Assembly (NCBI RefSeq): GCF_006345805.1
Contig: NC_043005.1
Location: 36,022,001-36,086,000, forward strand
Length of the DNA stretch: 64,000 nt
Source: Octopus sinensis
Taxonomy: Eukaryota
Reading direction: 5' to 3'
The notes beneath the pieces are model-generated. The model saw only the letters and a list, made by a program, of their open reading frames with translations, searched no databases and had not been told where the DNA came from. The position numbers were made by a program, and so were the translations under genes. Below are positions 22,538-36,400 of the stretch, piece after piece. How positions within the stretch are numbered: position 1 is the first letter of the stretch; each line of letters opens with the position of its first letter.

Positions 22538-23766
22538 CATGAGGGTTGTATTGAAAGTAATGCAAAAGTGTCCATAATATTTTTATTAGTTTATACTGGT
22601 CATTCAAACCTGTGTTTGCTGGAATGTAACGTTTTCTATATAGTAAGTCTCTTCCCTCTCCTTCATTGTAGGACAAATAATAGTTTTCAAATGCAAGCAA
22701 TGTGCTGTCATTGAGTTTTCAATGAAGGGTGGGTATAAGGTGTCTGATATCCGTTGAGAGCAACAGTTTATTTACAGAGATGACACCATTGACAAGAGCC
22801 ATGTGCCCAGTTAGTTGAAGAATTTATAAAAGAGGGAAACCAGCATTGAAGACAAACAACACAGTGGAAGAGCATCAACTAAGACTGCTGACATGAAGTG
22901 CCAATGAGTGAATGAATTAATTTGCATGGTACAAATGGTACATGAGCCACAATCCATGAGCTTGTTGCACAAATGGACCATGGTCACAATGCATTTCAGA
23001 AGATGGTGGAAGACGGTCTATCAAAAAGTGTGAGTAAAGTGGGTAACTTGGCAGTTGGGATTCAATTTGAAAGGGAGAAGTGTGGAAGTTTGGTCTGATC
23101 TCCTGGAAGCATTTGAAGTCATTGAAGACCTGTTATTTTCTCTTGAAATGGTGGCTGGGAATGAAACATGACTCACACCATGAAATGGTCATAGTTCTCT
23201 CTTGGCTTAAGATATTCAAGAGCTAACGATTGGCACAGGGAAGTTATGGTGATTGTTTTTTGTAAAGACAAGAGTGAAATTTTTCTTGATTTTCTGGAAC
23301 ATGAGTCTACTATGAGTAGTGAGCTGTACATTGAGACATGAAAAAAAAAAAAAAGCTTAGAGAAGCCAATAAGAGGAAGAGACCAAAACTAAAATTTTAA
23401 AACGATCCTCATTCATCATGACAATATGCAACCATATTCATTTTTGGCCACGAATCAGGCAATTATCAAATCAAACTGGCCAGTGATCCTCCATCCACCA
23501 TATAGCCAGGGACTGGTACTCTCCAATGTCCACCTTTTCAGTTGAATAAAGAATAGTCTTTGGGAAACAGATCTTTGACACAGATGAGATTAAAATAGTT
23601 ATGATGAAGTAGCTACAACAGTGCTCACCTGAACTTTTTGAATAGTATTGGAGCGTTGGGTTTAACAATGGAGCAAATGCACCACTTGTGGTGGAAGTTA
23701 TATTGAGTAGCTCCTTTGTATAGAAGTAGAATTACTCTTCTAATGAGTAATTTGAACAACTTGTCA
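22538..23766 (+). mobile_element. Decayed mariner (Tc1/mariner) transposon
   Basis: TIR-like ATGAGGGTTGTATTGAAAGTAA start and AACAACTTG end; remnants AGNET, IHHDN, HPPYS; size ~1.23 kb. Confidence 0.8.
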
Positions 23767-26150
23767 GACCAAAATGTTATGCCCACTTTTGCAATAAATG
23801 AAAACTTAGTCTGTCTGGGTCACATCCAGTCATTCAAACTTTACTATTTTCAGCTTGATACAGATCATCACATATTTTCTTTATTTCCATTTCTTCTTTC
23901 ACTTTCCCTACAATTCTTCATACAATACTATAATGAATATAACTTATAATATTGCTGTAGTGTGGTTGTAAGTTATGTATTCTTCTTTAGTTATATATCC
24001 ATTAGTTATATATCCTTCTTTACTGTTTGAGGATAATGACTACACTAAAATTTAATTGAATTTTCAAATATTTTATTAATCTGTATCATTAATATTTACA
24101 AGTGTGCATTCAATGAACGATGTTCAACAAGCATAACAGTTAAGAATCTTCTGTTATATAAGATGCTAAATGATATTATAAAAGTAGTGCCTAGTATTTG
24201 ATGACAAAATAAATAGAAAAAATTTAAATCACTGCATATAATTAATTAATGTTACTTGAAACTACAACTGAAGATTGGTGCCTTTGTTGAGTACAACATA
24301 AACATGCTACCTGAAAAAGTGAAAGACAGGGAGAGACCATTTCACTGATCCAAGTGACATAGATTCCTCTAGGTGGCTGAGTGATACTGGCCTAAGAATA
24401 GATTTACCAATTTTTTGTATCTGCAAGCCACTTTTCTGAACCTTCAGTAAAGCTGTTTGGTGAGGAAACTTCACACTACTTTAAAATTTGTCGTATCAAC
24501 CACAATAAGTCAGTGCTAAGTGGTTGAGCCATATTCACAAAAGCTTTAACAACTTTTTTGGTGACACTTTTTCTTTTATGGACGTATATTAGGCTATGAT
24601 TCTGAACTGAGAAAATCTGAGAACCAGGGTTCAAATCTCAGCAGGAGCCATGATACACTATAACAGATACATATAACACATATGTTAGAGGCATATAACA
24701 ATTTTCATACCATAAGATTCAATTGTTGAGAGAAACAGTAGTTCATAAATTAGCAAGTTTTCCTACCTCACAACAAATAACATGGAATAACCTGAAGTTG
24801 TATTCAACTCTTAGCATTTAAACCAGTCTATTAGTTCCAAATATTCTATCTTTTTTATATTCAAATCAGTCAGATCCTGCTTCTCACACTTACCTTACAA
24901 TCTCATTCTAAAAATCAAACAAAATCACATCATTGAAATCTTGAAGTTATAAGATAATGCATGATTAATTCAAAACAATATGAATAAATAAGGATTACAT
25001 CTGACAGAATAATCTGCTGAATACTAGAGGATTAAAAGAGTGAAAGAGTATCACATGCACATAATCTGATCAAGTGCTGATGAGCTACATGTTGTATAGT
25101 AGCCAGAATATAGTGACATGTCAGGAGTAAACTGATATTCATTTCTTTAATTTGCAGGTGTCTCCTATGCAAATTAGTTTACAATATTTTAGCTCTACTT
25201 TATGTGTATGGTAATAAGAACTTTGTGACTATATCATACTGGCCATCACATTCAACAACATCATCATCACCAATGCCACCACTACTAACAGCAGCAGCAG
25301 CCGTTCAAGAATTTGGACCTGGAGATCTCCATTTTCAGCGATTTTGAGGGCCACCTCCCAGTGGTGTCGGGCGTCAATGAAGAGCCCATCGACTACAAGA
25401 TAACCAATTTTTTTTTTCCAAGGTTTGGGGTCTCCCACCCCTAAGCCCAAGACCATCACCTAATCACCCTTACCTGGCTTGTTGCTTAACAACAACAACA
25501 GCAGCAGCAGTAGTGGCAATAGTAGCAGCAGTAGCATTTCTACCAGCAGCAGAAGAAGCACCACCAGCACCACTAGCAGAAGGAGGGAGAAAGAGGTAGG
25601 TAGAGGAAAAGGGATTGTAAGAAGATGGAGTTGGAGATAGAGATAGAGGGTGAGAGGAAGGGACAAAGAGACAGGAAGAAGGAGTGGGTGTGTTATTAGA
25701 ACATGCAATAATATTTATATACACATACACACAGACACACACATAAACATACACACACAGACACATACACACACACACAAAAACAGACACACACACACAT
25801 ACACACATACATGCATACACACAAACACAAACATACATACACATTTAGGAGTGGACAGTATTATGTAGTATCCTTTCTAAGAGAGGTATAAAGCCTGAAA
25901 TTTGTGGGAGGGGATAATCATTTATATTGATTCCAGTGCACAACTAGTGCTTATTTTATGGATTGTGAAAGGATAAAAGGTAAAGTGGAGTTCAGTGACA
26001 TTTGAATGCAGACCATAAAACTGGAAGAATGATTCTGCCAGCTAGCAATATTATAGTCAACTTGCATTTATAGCAATGACAATTGATTTTATGAAACGTG
26101 TATAATATAAAAGGCTTAAAATACAAATTACCTATTTATATGCATATGCA

Positions 26151-26203
<53 letters not shown>

Positions 26204-26225
26204 TATATCATATATATATATCATA

Positions 26226-26620
26226 TACTAGCAGCATCGTCCGGCGTTGCTCAGGTTTGTTTCGACCCTTTAGAATTGGAATTTTTGAAAAGTAAACAAT
26301 TTGCATTATGTAGCTTGTTATTCTCTTTAAGTGAACATTTTTCTGGTTGAAATACACCGAAAAATGGCGACACAGCAGTAAAAAAATCGTAAAAAATAGG
26401 GATTTTCATAGAAAAAAAGCACCTTTTTAAATGTAAATAATTTTTGGTGTTAACATGGTCCGATTTGAATTTTTTCTTCTATAGAAGGAAAAGCAAGCCT
26501 TCTTCTATCATACTCTCGATTTTGGTCAACTTGTGCCGCAGGGTCTCAGAGGAGATAGAGTTAGTTGAAGGCTACCAAATCTTCCATACACAGACAACTT
26601 CAGCTTTATATATAGAGAGA
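26226..26620 (+). mobile_element. Non-autonomous Helitron/Helentron-like element
   Basis: 5' CTAGCAG...CCGGCGTTGC and 3' ACAGACAACTTCAGCTTTATATATAGA termini typical of such elements. Confidence 0.6.
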
Positions 26621-28194
26621 TATATAGGGAGAATTCACAAAAAAAAAAAGATGAAGACAGGTGGTGTAGACAACAAACACATATATTAGTATAATGCTCG
26701 GGAAGTGAAAAAGTCTTTAACGTTTCAAGCCTACACTCTTCCACAGAAAGGAACACAGAAAGAGCGTGGAAGGTGTTTATAAGCCATTTAAGAAACACAC
26801 AAAAACCGTTATATTCACTTCAACATTTAAATTTAATTTGTCAAAATATTTGCGTCGCTTTGAGACCACTACCTGTTCACTGACAAAGTTCTGTGCTGCA
26901 TCTGAGAAAGTAATAGTTCATGATATATATGTAAGTATGTATATGTGTGTGTGTGCATGTATGTGTGTGTACATGTATGTGCATATGTGTACATGCATGT
27001 GTGCATGCCTATACACATGTATGTATGTATGTATGTATGTATATATGTATGTATGTATGTATGTACGTATGTACTTATGTTTGTACGTGAATATTTAGGT
27101 AAGTGTGTAGATGTGTCTGTGTGTGTGTTCATGTTTATGTACATGTGAACGTATGTTTATATACTAATATGTGTCTGTTCAAATTGTATACATGACTGTT
27201 ACTTTGCTGAAGGTTGTATACACACATACACATATACATGCATATGCATATATATATAGACACACACATATGTGTGCGTTTGTCCCTCTCACCACCATTT
27301 AATGGTGAATGGATACAATGTCTTAGACATATATATATACATATAACCTTACTTATACATATATACAAGTACACACAATCATATAGACACTTACACACAC
27401 TCACAAATATATGTATAATCTCAAAGTATGCACACATATATGCTTATCAATCTATACATATATATATATGACACTATTTTCAAGGATATTAATATTTAAT
27501 GAACTTTAATAGTATGATGATCTTGATTGTTGTGGGGTGGTTATCTCCCCTGTCAGTGCATAGACATGTGCTTCTTTGTGGCTCTAAGAGTTTTTAACTC
27601 TTATTTCTAGCAATGTAGATGCCACCCTGCACTGTCAGTCACAATTAGCGACAATTGAATTTTTCCTTTTTGGTTTTATATTGTGTATAGCCACCTTCGT
27701 TATTTTATATATGTGTGTGTACATATATATCAGATGCCATGAGAGATATAAGGTGTAAGTACAAGAGGTGGTCAGACTCTGCATAAGAATAGACAACACA
27801 CATACACATGTATATATACTGACACACACATATACATACACTCATGTGGTTCAGCTATACTAATTTTATGTGTGATTTTTTTTTTGTTATTGATGAACAA
27901 GATATAAATTGATACAATTAATGTCAATATATAAATCTTTTCAATTTGTCAAATTAACGCCAAATACCACCACCACCACCACCACCACCACCACTACCGC
28001 CATATATTAATAGCATCTGTATTTTATTAAATTTGGAGTAAAATTTTGACATCGGTTCAGTTTAAAATCAGAAATTTGATGCAGAAAGGTAAAGTTCTCT
28101 GAAGCAAAGTTTCTTAACAGTTAAACAAAATTTCCTTGAAATAGTCATCTATATATCATATTAACATATATACACCGTTGGAAGGCAAGCTGCA

Positions 28195-28535
28195 GTAGCC
28201 TTTGTCTCAGAGAAAAATCTCTTCACAGATATAGGAACATGTGAAATGAACATTGTCCCAGCAGTGACACATGAGAATGCCAGACACATTTTGGTTTCCA
28301 TGTACCTTGTCAATAAGTGAACTTGCTAGTCACATGCCTATGCATATAGTCCATGTTTCCTATATACAGGAAGGGATAGGTTTTGTGTAGGCATGTGACA
28401 TGTGAGTACATGTCATTTACAAGGTCAAGGAGATCAAAATACACCTGTGTCTCTGTTAAGGCAATGTTCATCTCCAATATATATTGTTTTTAATGTAGCA
28501 TGTCTATGAAGAGATTTTTCTGTCAAACAAAAAAG
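28195..28535. repeat. Old imperfect foldback (MITE-like palindrome)
   Basis: Nested complementary blocks: AGAAAAATCTCTTCA/TGAAGAGATTTTTCT, ATGAACATTG/CAATGTTCAT, GTCACATGCCTA/TAGGCATGTGAC. Confidence 0.65.
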
Positions 28536-29303
28536 TTGTGTTTGTCAATGATGTATACATATTTTGTATGATACGCAAATGGTTATTTTAATTCAATGCT
28601 GTTTCAGCTGTGTATGTTGAATTTGTAATTTCTTTGGACTATATCTTTTTTCACTTGTCTTTTGAATATAAGACTTTGTGTGAATAAAAATTAGAATTTG
28701 TGTGATGTCAAGCAATAAGAAAAAAAAGAAAAGAAAAGAAAGCAGCAACACAATTCAACAAAAATAAACATCATTATTCATTTAAGAACATGACTGAAAA
28801 AATGTATTTAAACTAGTGTTATCTGTCATATGATATAAAATTTTGGAAGTATATATTTAGTACAAAGAGTAATATCAGGAAACATGACATACATACAATA
28901 AATATAATTTATCTTGAATCAAATGTTTTGGTGGTTATAAAAAAAAATGATGAAATAGTGAATACTAATTTTTAGAAGCAAAACATTTATCCCCTTAAAA
29001 GGAAATGAAATAAAACAAATTCTTCATTTGGATATTTGCCATAAGAATATGTCATTATTTAACTAAATTTTAGGTTTGACTCTGAGGTTAAAGAGGTCAC
29101 TTTGCAGCCTTGTGGTTTCAGGTTCAGTCCCACTGCATGGTACCTTGGGTAAATATCATCCACTCTAATTTTAGGATGACCAATGCCTTGTGAGTGAATA
29201 TAGTAGAATGTGGAAGAGTGCCATATACATACATACATACATAAACGTACATACATACATACATATATATATATATTTATATATATATATATATATAAAT
29301 AAT

Positions 29304-29784
29304 AATAAATATAAGAGAATGGTCACTATGTGGCTCATTCTAGCACTAGAAAATCCAAAAGGTTTCAACCACAAAAATACATGTTTCCCATGAAAGTCAG
29401 TACGATTGTTAGCTCACACGAACAGGGCAAATAAAAAATAACAAAAATACAGATTATTTTGGGACAATTGTTTCGCTATTAATGAATTAAATGTAATTTT
29501 ACTTACAAAAAAACCCACTTGTAGCTCCTCAGCCACTTGTAGCTCCTAGTTTTGGCTGAGGAGCTACAAGTGGGTTTTTTTGTAAGTAAAATTACATTTA
29601 ATTCATTAATAGCGAAACAATTGTCCCAAAATAATCTGTATTTTTGTTATTTTTTATTTGCCCTGTTCGTGTGAGCTAACAATCGTACTGACTTTCATGG
29701 GAAACATGTATTTTTGTGGTTGAAACCTTTTGGATTTTCTAGTGCTAGAATGAGCCACATAGTGACCATTCTCTTATATTTATT
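29304..29784. repeat. Long palindrome (232 bp arms, 17 nt spacer), probable PLE inverted terminal repeat
   Basis: Arms 29304-29535 and 29553-29784 read as reverse complements by eye. Confidence 0.9.
29550..29631 (+). ncRNA. Type I hammerhead motif with 45 nt stem II loop (mirror copy at 29457-29535, minus)
   Basis: UUUUGG-CUGAGGA-GCU...AGC-GAAA-C(AAUU)GUC-CCAAAA. Confidence 0.75.
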
Positions 29785-29909
29785 TTTGTATAAAATATTA
29801 TAATATATTATAAAATATTATAATAATCCAGGTTTCTCGAGGCACTGGGCCACTTGGTGTTGAATAGATATGCTATTAAATTAGTATCTAATTCTCTCAC
29901 CCTTATTAA

Positions 29910-29944
<35 letters not shown>

Positions 29945-30204
29945 CATTGCTATTATGTTAAACTGATATATGTCCAAATTTGGCCAAATGCATTTTTTTT
30001 TCAATATTTATTTTTGCTTGCAATAGCCAGTTCTTTTGGTCAAACTATCATCTCTACAGCTGCTTCAGATGCCAAGATATCAAAAATTGTCAAAATGTAG
30101 TACAACGGTTTCACTATGGAATGGTGAAACTACTTTTTCATTTTCTGAAAAAGCAACTTTTGGACTTAGGACAGTTTTGCCTAATAACAATGATATATAT
30201 ATAT

Positions 30205-30241
<37 letters not shown>

Positions 30242-30595
30242 GTTTAACACATATACGAATGTGTTTGTATCTGTCCCCCAACAGTGCTTAACAACTGGTG
30301 ATGCCTTGATTATGTCACGTAAACTAGCAGTTCAGTGAAAGTGACTGATAAATTAGATACCAAACATGAAAGATAAATACTAGAGTCAATCTGTTTGACT
30401 AAACTCATGAAAGCATGGCTGTAGTCTAATGACTGAAACTAGTAAAAGATAGCAGATAAAAGATAAAGGCAAACTTCTTCTTCTTCTTCTTCTCCTTTTC
30501 CTCCTCCTCCGCCTCCCCCTCCTCCTCCTCCGCTCCCCTCCTCCTCCTTCTTCATCATCATCAATATCACCACCACCACCACCACCACCACCATC

Positions 30596-31030
30596 ATCAT
30601 CATTTAATGTCTGTTATCCATACTGTCATGGGCTGGATGGTTTGACCAAGGTTGGTAAGCTGAAGAGCATGGTTTCTATGGCTGGATGTCCTTCCTAACA
30701 CCAACCACTCCAAGAGTGTAATGGGTGTTTTTATGTGCCACCAGCATGAGTGCCAGTTGTGTGACACCAGTATCTGCTACAACTATGATTTCACTTAACT
30801 TGAAGGTTCTTTCTTCTCAAGCACAGCATATTGTCAAAGTTCATTGTCATTTCTTATTGTCTCCGTCAAGCCCAACACTCGAAAGGTGCTTTTTATGTGC
30901 CACTGGCATAGTTACCAGTTTCACAATACCAGCATGGGTGCCAATTACGTAACGCTGACAACGGCCATAACTATGATTTCACTTAGCTTGATGAGTCTTC
31001 ACAAGTACGGCAGATCACTGAATATTTTGG
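30596..31030 (-). mobile_element. SINE/3'-tail element associated with RTE LINEs
   Basis: (CAT)n-ttaatgtctgttatccatactgtcatgggctggatgg tail complement; abuts the RTE 3' region. Confidence 0.55.
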
Positions 31031-31870
31031 TCCTCCATGAAGCCAAGCATTCAAAGATCATGCTTCACCACCTCATCCCATGTCTTCCTGGGTCTCCCTT
31101 GTCAACAGCTTCCTTCTACTGGTAGAGATCAGCACTTCTTCACACAGCTATCCACATCCATTTGCATCACATTACAATACCAACGCAGTTGTCTCTCTTG
31201 CACACCACATCTTATGCCTCTTATGCCAAACTTTTCTCTCATTACACTTTATCATACATGCACACTGACATTGCACATCCACCGAAGCATACGAGCTTTA
31301 TTTCTTTCATGCCTATGCATATCCTCAGCAGTTACAGCCCATATTTCACTGCCGTGTAGCATGGCTATTTACACACAGGCGTCATACAATCTGCCTTTCA
31401 CTCTGAGGAAAAGGCCCTTCTTTATCAACATAAGTTGGATCTCACTGAACCTTGCCCAGCCTATTCTTATTCTAGCACTTGGAGCATCCACCCCCACTAC
31501 TGACTTAGTCACCTAGGTATTGGAAGCTATCAACTACTTCTAGTTTTCCCCACTGGCTTTGATGGAGTCTATTTTCTGTACATTTTTAGTATTAATCATA
31601 CTTGTGCACCTTCCACACACAAAAACTAGTTTTGCCGCAAACCTTCCTATGATATTGCTGCACCTCTTATGTGTCCATAGCTTACACTGGTACATCTTAT
31701 GGAATTTTTACTGATGCCTTTCCTACAGATCAAGCAGGGCCATCAACCTGGAGAGGTTTGTGAATTGTCTGCTTTCCTACTTACTAAGACTTTGGTTTTT
31801 GCTAGGTTAACTCTAAGGCCCTTTAATTCTAGACTTTGATTCTACACCTGAAACTTCTTCTCTAGTTCAT
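31030..31870 (-). mobile_element. RTE-type LINE 3' fragment
   Basis: Minus strand GRPRKTWDEVVKHDL; similarity to 41050-41570. Confidence 0.8.
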
Positions 31871-32129
31871 TTGAAAATAATCTCCACAAAATTTTATTAG
31901 AAAATGTATTTTTGTTAAAAGTTATGACACTCATCCTGCACCTCTTCTGTTAACTCTTTCTGTATCTGTCTTTTCTTTCTTTTATTCTCTCGTTTCTGTC
32001 TATGTGATATAAAGCATTACTAGGGATAGCAAGCAAGCAGGCAAACAAGCAAGCAAGCAAGCAAGCAAGCTAGCAAGCAAGCAAGTAACCAACAAATCAA
32101 CCAACTAGTAATTATTCTATCAGTATCTT

Positions 32130-32231
32130 TTGCCGAACTGCTAAGTTACGAGAACGTAAACACAGCAACATCGGTTGCCAAGCAATGGTAGGTGTACAAA
32201 CAGACAGGCAGACAGACATACAGACATGAAG

Positions 32232-32263
<32 letters not shown>

Positions 32264-32480
32264 ACAAATATACACATATATACGACAGTCTTCTTTCAGT
32301 TTCTGTGTACGAAATCCACTCACAAGGATTTTGTCAGCCTGAAGCTATAATATATATATATCAAAATAAGCAACAGGATATACTGTTGCTTATTTTTATT
32401 TCATTCGAGCTGTGTGGATAATACTGGACTGACTTAGCGCTTCAACTTAAGTACCTAATTCAAATGAATCTCAGTTATAT

Positions 32481-32550
<70 letters not shown>

Positions 32551-32720
32551 ACTCTTTTAACTGTTTCAGTCATTTCAATGTGACTATGCCAGAGCACTGC
32601 CTTTTGGTTGAAGAACCCAACCCCTGGACTTATTCTTTGTAAAACTGGTGCTTATCCTATCAATCGCTTCTGACAAACTGCTAAGTTACAGGAACATAAA
32701 CATGCCAACACCAGTTTTCA
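32130..32720 (-). mobile_element. Family B SINE fragments (about 32130-32345 and 32550-32720)
   Basis: gaaatccactcacaagg and ctgtttcagtcattt blocks complementary to 5071-5460. Confidence 0.7.
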
Positions 32721-32829
32721 AGTGATGGTTGAGTGGGGGCAAACACATGCACGAATACGCAATATAGATATATACATACATATATATACACACACACACA
32801 TACACATATATATGTATATATATACATAT

Positions 32830-32864
<35 letters not shown>

Positions 32865-33374
32865 CACATATATGTATATACATACATATATATATACACA
32901 CACAAACACACACACATATATACATATACATATACATACATATAAATATATATACATATATATATATACATACATATAAATATATATACAAATATATACA
33001 TATATATACATATATATATATGCATGTATATATATATCTATACATAAATATAGATATACATATATATATATACACACATATATATATATACATACATATA
33101 TATGTACAAAGATATAAATATATGCATATGCATGTATATATATAAATAGTGAAACTAATAGAAATGAAACTATGAAAGTGAAACTATTAACTTATTTACA
33201 AACAAGTATATATATATTCATAGTGAGACTAATAAAAATGAAGCTATTCAAAGGGAAACTCTTGAAAGTGAAACCATATAATAGCGAAACTATTATATTA
33301 CATTACAATAGAGATGTTATTATTTCACTTTTGTCACGTAATACTGAAACAGTCTAAAAGATTACTCCGGGTTC

Positions 33375-33526
33375 ATATTAAGCAAGAAGTTGAAAAAGTT
33401 TTTGTCCCATGATACTCCATGGACCCCAAGTAAGGCATGTGTAAAATTTGAATGAAATCGGTTGGGTAGTTCTTGAGTTTTAGTGATGCACACATACACC
33501 AACAGATAGACAGACACACATTGTCA

Positions 33527-33540
<14 letters not shown>
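33375..33540 (+). mobile_element. Helitron-like non-autonomous element, 3' portion
   Basis: AAATTTGAATGAAATCGGTTG...ACAGACAC...TTTTATATATA terminal block. Confidence 0.5.
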
Positions 33541-33620
<80 letters not shown>

Positions 33621-35289
33621 ACATATATATATATACATGCACATACACACACACACAAGAGTCTTCTTTCAGTTTCCAGCAACCAAAACCATTCACAAGG
33701 CTTTGGTCAGCTCAAGGTTATAGTAGAAGACACAATTGCTAAAAGTGCTACATAGTCAGACTGAATCCAGAACCATGTGGTTGGAAGCAACCATCTTACT
33801 ACACAGTCACAACTGTGCTTATTGTTGGTGTTATGTAAATTTTTTTTTCATTTTAGGTGGAATTTTGTCAGTTTTTAGATGGAGTTCTTTTTACCATTTG
33901 TAAATGTCAAGATTTTTGCCTAATTTTCATTATTAACCCTTAATAATTATTAAATTATTACACAGTAAGAAAGGGTCACATGAATGTGTGTGTGCCAAAT
34001 GGGCAACCTCCACCACCAAAAAAAACAGAAAGCTCTTTTTCTTAAGGGTGATTTCTGTAATTGTTTTCAGTTTAAATAAATACAAAAACTACAATAATTA
34101 TTAGTTTTTCACACATTAGAAGTTATAATCTCATTACTGAAAAGGGTCATAAAGAGGTGAGCTGGTAGAATTTTTACTGCACTGGACAAAATGCTGAGCA
34201 ACATTTTTTCTGGTTCCTTACATTCTGATTTCAAATACCACCGAGGTTGAATTTACCTTTCATGGTTTTGGAATCAATAAAATAAGTTACGTAAAAATTG
34301 AGCACTGGGATAAATTTAATTGACTAACCCACTTTCCTATAATTTCAGGCTCTGTGCCTGTAGTAGAAAGGATTATCAAAAAGTGCTGTAAAACTTTTAC
34401 TTTCCTTTGATGATGGCTGTATCCATATAAAATTTTTGAAATGACTTTAGCTGGAAGAGGGTGTCTCTGGCCCTCTTATTATGAGTTGCATGTAAAATGG
34501 AAGAAACAATACCAGAAATGAACTTTCAATTAATAGCGACACTTTATTCTTTCACTAGATAAAATCATACAGCAAACCAGATTTAAACATCATGAAGAAT
34601 GCTACCTGTAGAAAATTATACATAGTTGGTTTTTCAACTCGAACTTGGTTACATGTGCTTCAACAGAAGCAAAAATAATGTGACATAGCTTCCTGAAAAC
34701 AAACTCTCCCCTCTCCTGCTCTCTCTCACATCACTGCCCATAATGATTTTACATATAAGTAAAAAGAAGCTCAGACTGACATTTAGAATTTGCCACTTTT
34801 GATGGTCTATTGCACAATATGATTGGATACAAGCTTCATATCCCATGTAAAACGAAACCAATCCAAATGCCTGACTCGACTAAATATTTCAATGTCACAT
34901 GACCAGTTACATGACCAATCATTATAGACTTACACGTAAAGCCTTTTTTAGATTATTTAAGTCTAAAACATGCATTTATGAAGTTGGTCTCATTACACAT
35001 CAACTGATATCAGCTGTTACCTAATGAAACACTAATTGATGGTGCCCACCATTGAAGGGTTAGACCTGTTATACTGTAAATCACATTTCACTAAGTAACC
35101 ATAGTGATATTTATAATACCTATCAAGATATCATGTGGCACCATTTAAGAAATACAATAACATTCCTTTACGCTTGAAGAGGTACATAATACAAATGATG
35201 ATCTGGGTGTTTGAAATTTAATAGGAGTCATGTGTGCATGTGTGTGTGGTGTGGTGTGTGTGTGTGCGTGCGTGTGTGTGTGTGTGTGT

Positions 35290-35328
<39 letters not shown>

Positions 35329-35559
35329 TGTGTGTGTGTGTTATATCTTCCTAGGTATGTACACACTAATAAAGTGCTGGGTTCAACTGTCTAAACTTCT
35401 TGACTTGAAATCGAACCTTTGGTATGTGATCATGGATATTTTATAGAAATATTACTGTTATGAAGACTTGCCATTCATAAATTTGAGAAATTTTGTAAAA
35501 GCAGTGTTGTTGCTCTTGATATTAGCTAATCTTTCCTTAGCATCTGTTACACAGATCTC

Positions 35560-36400
35560 TTGATGAACCTGCTTACCTGTGCGCTTTCATCCATCATTTG
35601 ATCAGTGGTCTTCTACCAGATTGCATTAACATGGTATTGCTAATGGAACTCTCTCTGACCCATATTTTACTAACACTGGTGTGTCCTAAGCTTTGACTTT
35701 GTTATTACAATATTACTTTTATACATCAAGGAATTATTTGTTACTATCTCCAAAAATTACCTACATTCCTTTGCAGATAATACCACCATCCATTCCTTCC
35801 ATAATCAAGTGTCATCCATATATAACCTAAATTCATCACTCTACATCTATACCTATTTCATGGACAAGGACTTAGAGGGTTCCATCCAAGGAAGTAATTT
35901 TAATCTTGAAACCTTCAACTACACAAAGACACAATCACAACACATATCAAGAAAACATTACCACAGCTTATTCCCCCACCCTCAATCAAACATGAGCAAC
36001 ATGCTGCCAGAGCCCTTAACAGCCAAACCTCACCATAACTGAGAATCACTCCTGGCACATCATTAATAAAGCACGGATTGTACCATTAAGATAGGATTTC
36101 CTCTTGCAATAAGAAAATTCTTTAGTTCCAAAAAAGAAAAACAACAAAAGATAAATATACCTATTAATAATCTACAAAGCTGAGCCAACCGCCAGGAAGC
36201 CTCGGGGTATACCAGGGATGAGGTGGTTGTATAATAGCCATAGACTCAGTCACTCACATTTGAGACTCCAGTTTGAAGGTGTCATGACAATTGCTTCTGG
36301 TAGGACCCTATAGAGGAGCAACCTGAGGATTCCATGACCCTTTGCGGAATAGTGAACAGTGAAGATGGATGATGGAAGACTCACAATGGACTATTTCCCC
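35560..36400 (+). mobile_element. Highly decayed CR1/L2-like LINE RT fragment
   Basis: FNYTKTQ...ISRK, W.HI...IGF remnants in broken frames. Confidence 0.4.

Noticed and set aside
25078-25125. CTGATGA-GCTAC...GTAGC hammerhead-like start
   Set aside because: No GAAA in register and no stem I or III.
25229-25459. TPR-like minus-strand peptide (DARHHWEVALKIAE)
   Set aside because: No splice support; codon pattern favours the opposite strand.
26711-26750. Hammerhead-like GAAGAGTGTAGGCTTGAAACG on the minus strand
   Set aside because: Core and stem register are non-canonical; at most a decayed PLE terminus.
34380-34720. Candidate minus-strand host exons after polypyrimidine-AG sites
   Set aside because: Short frames, no recognisable protein, no consistent donor sites.
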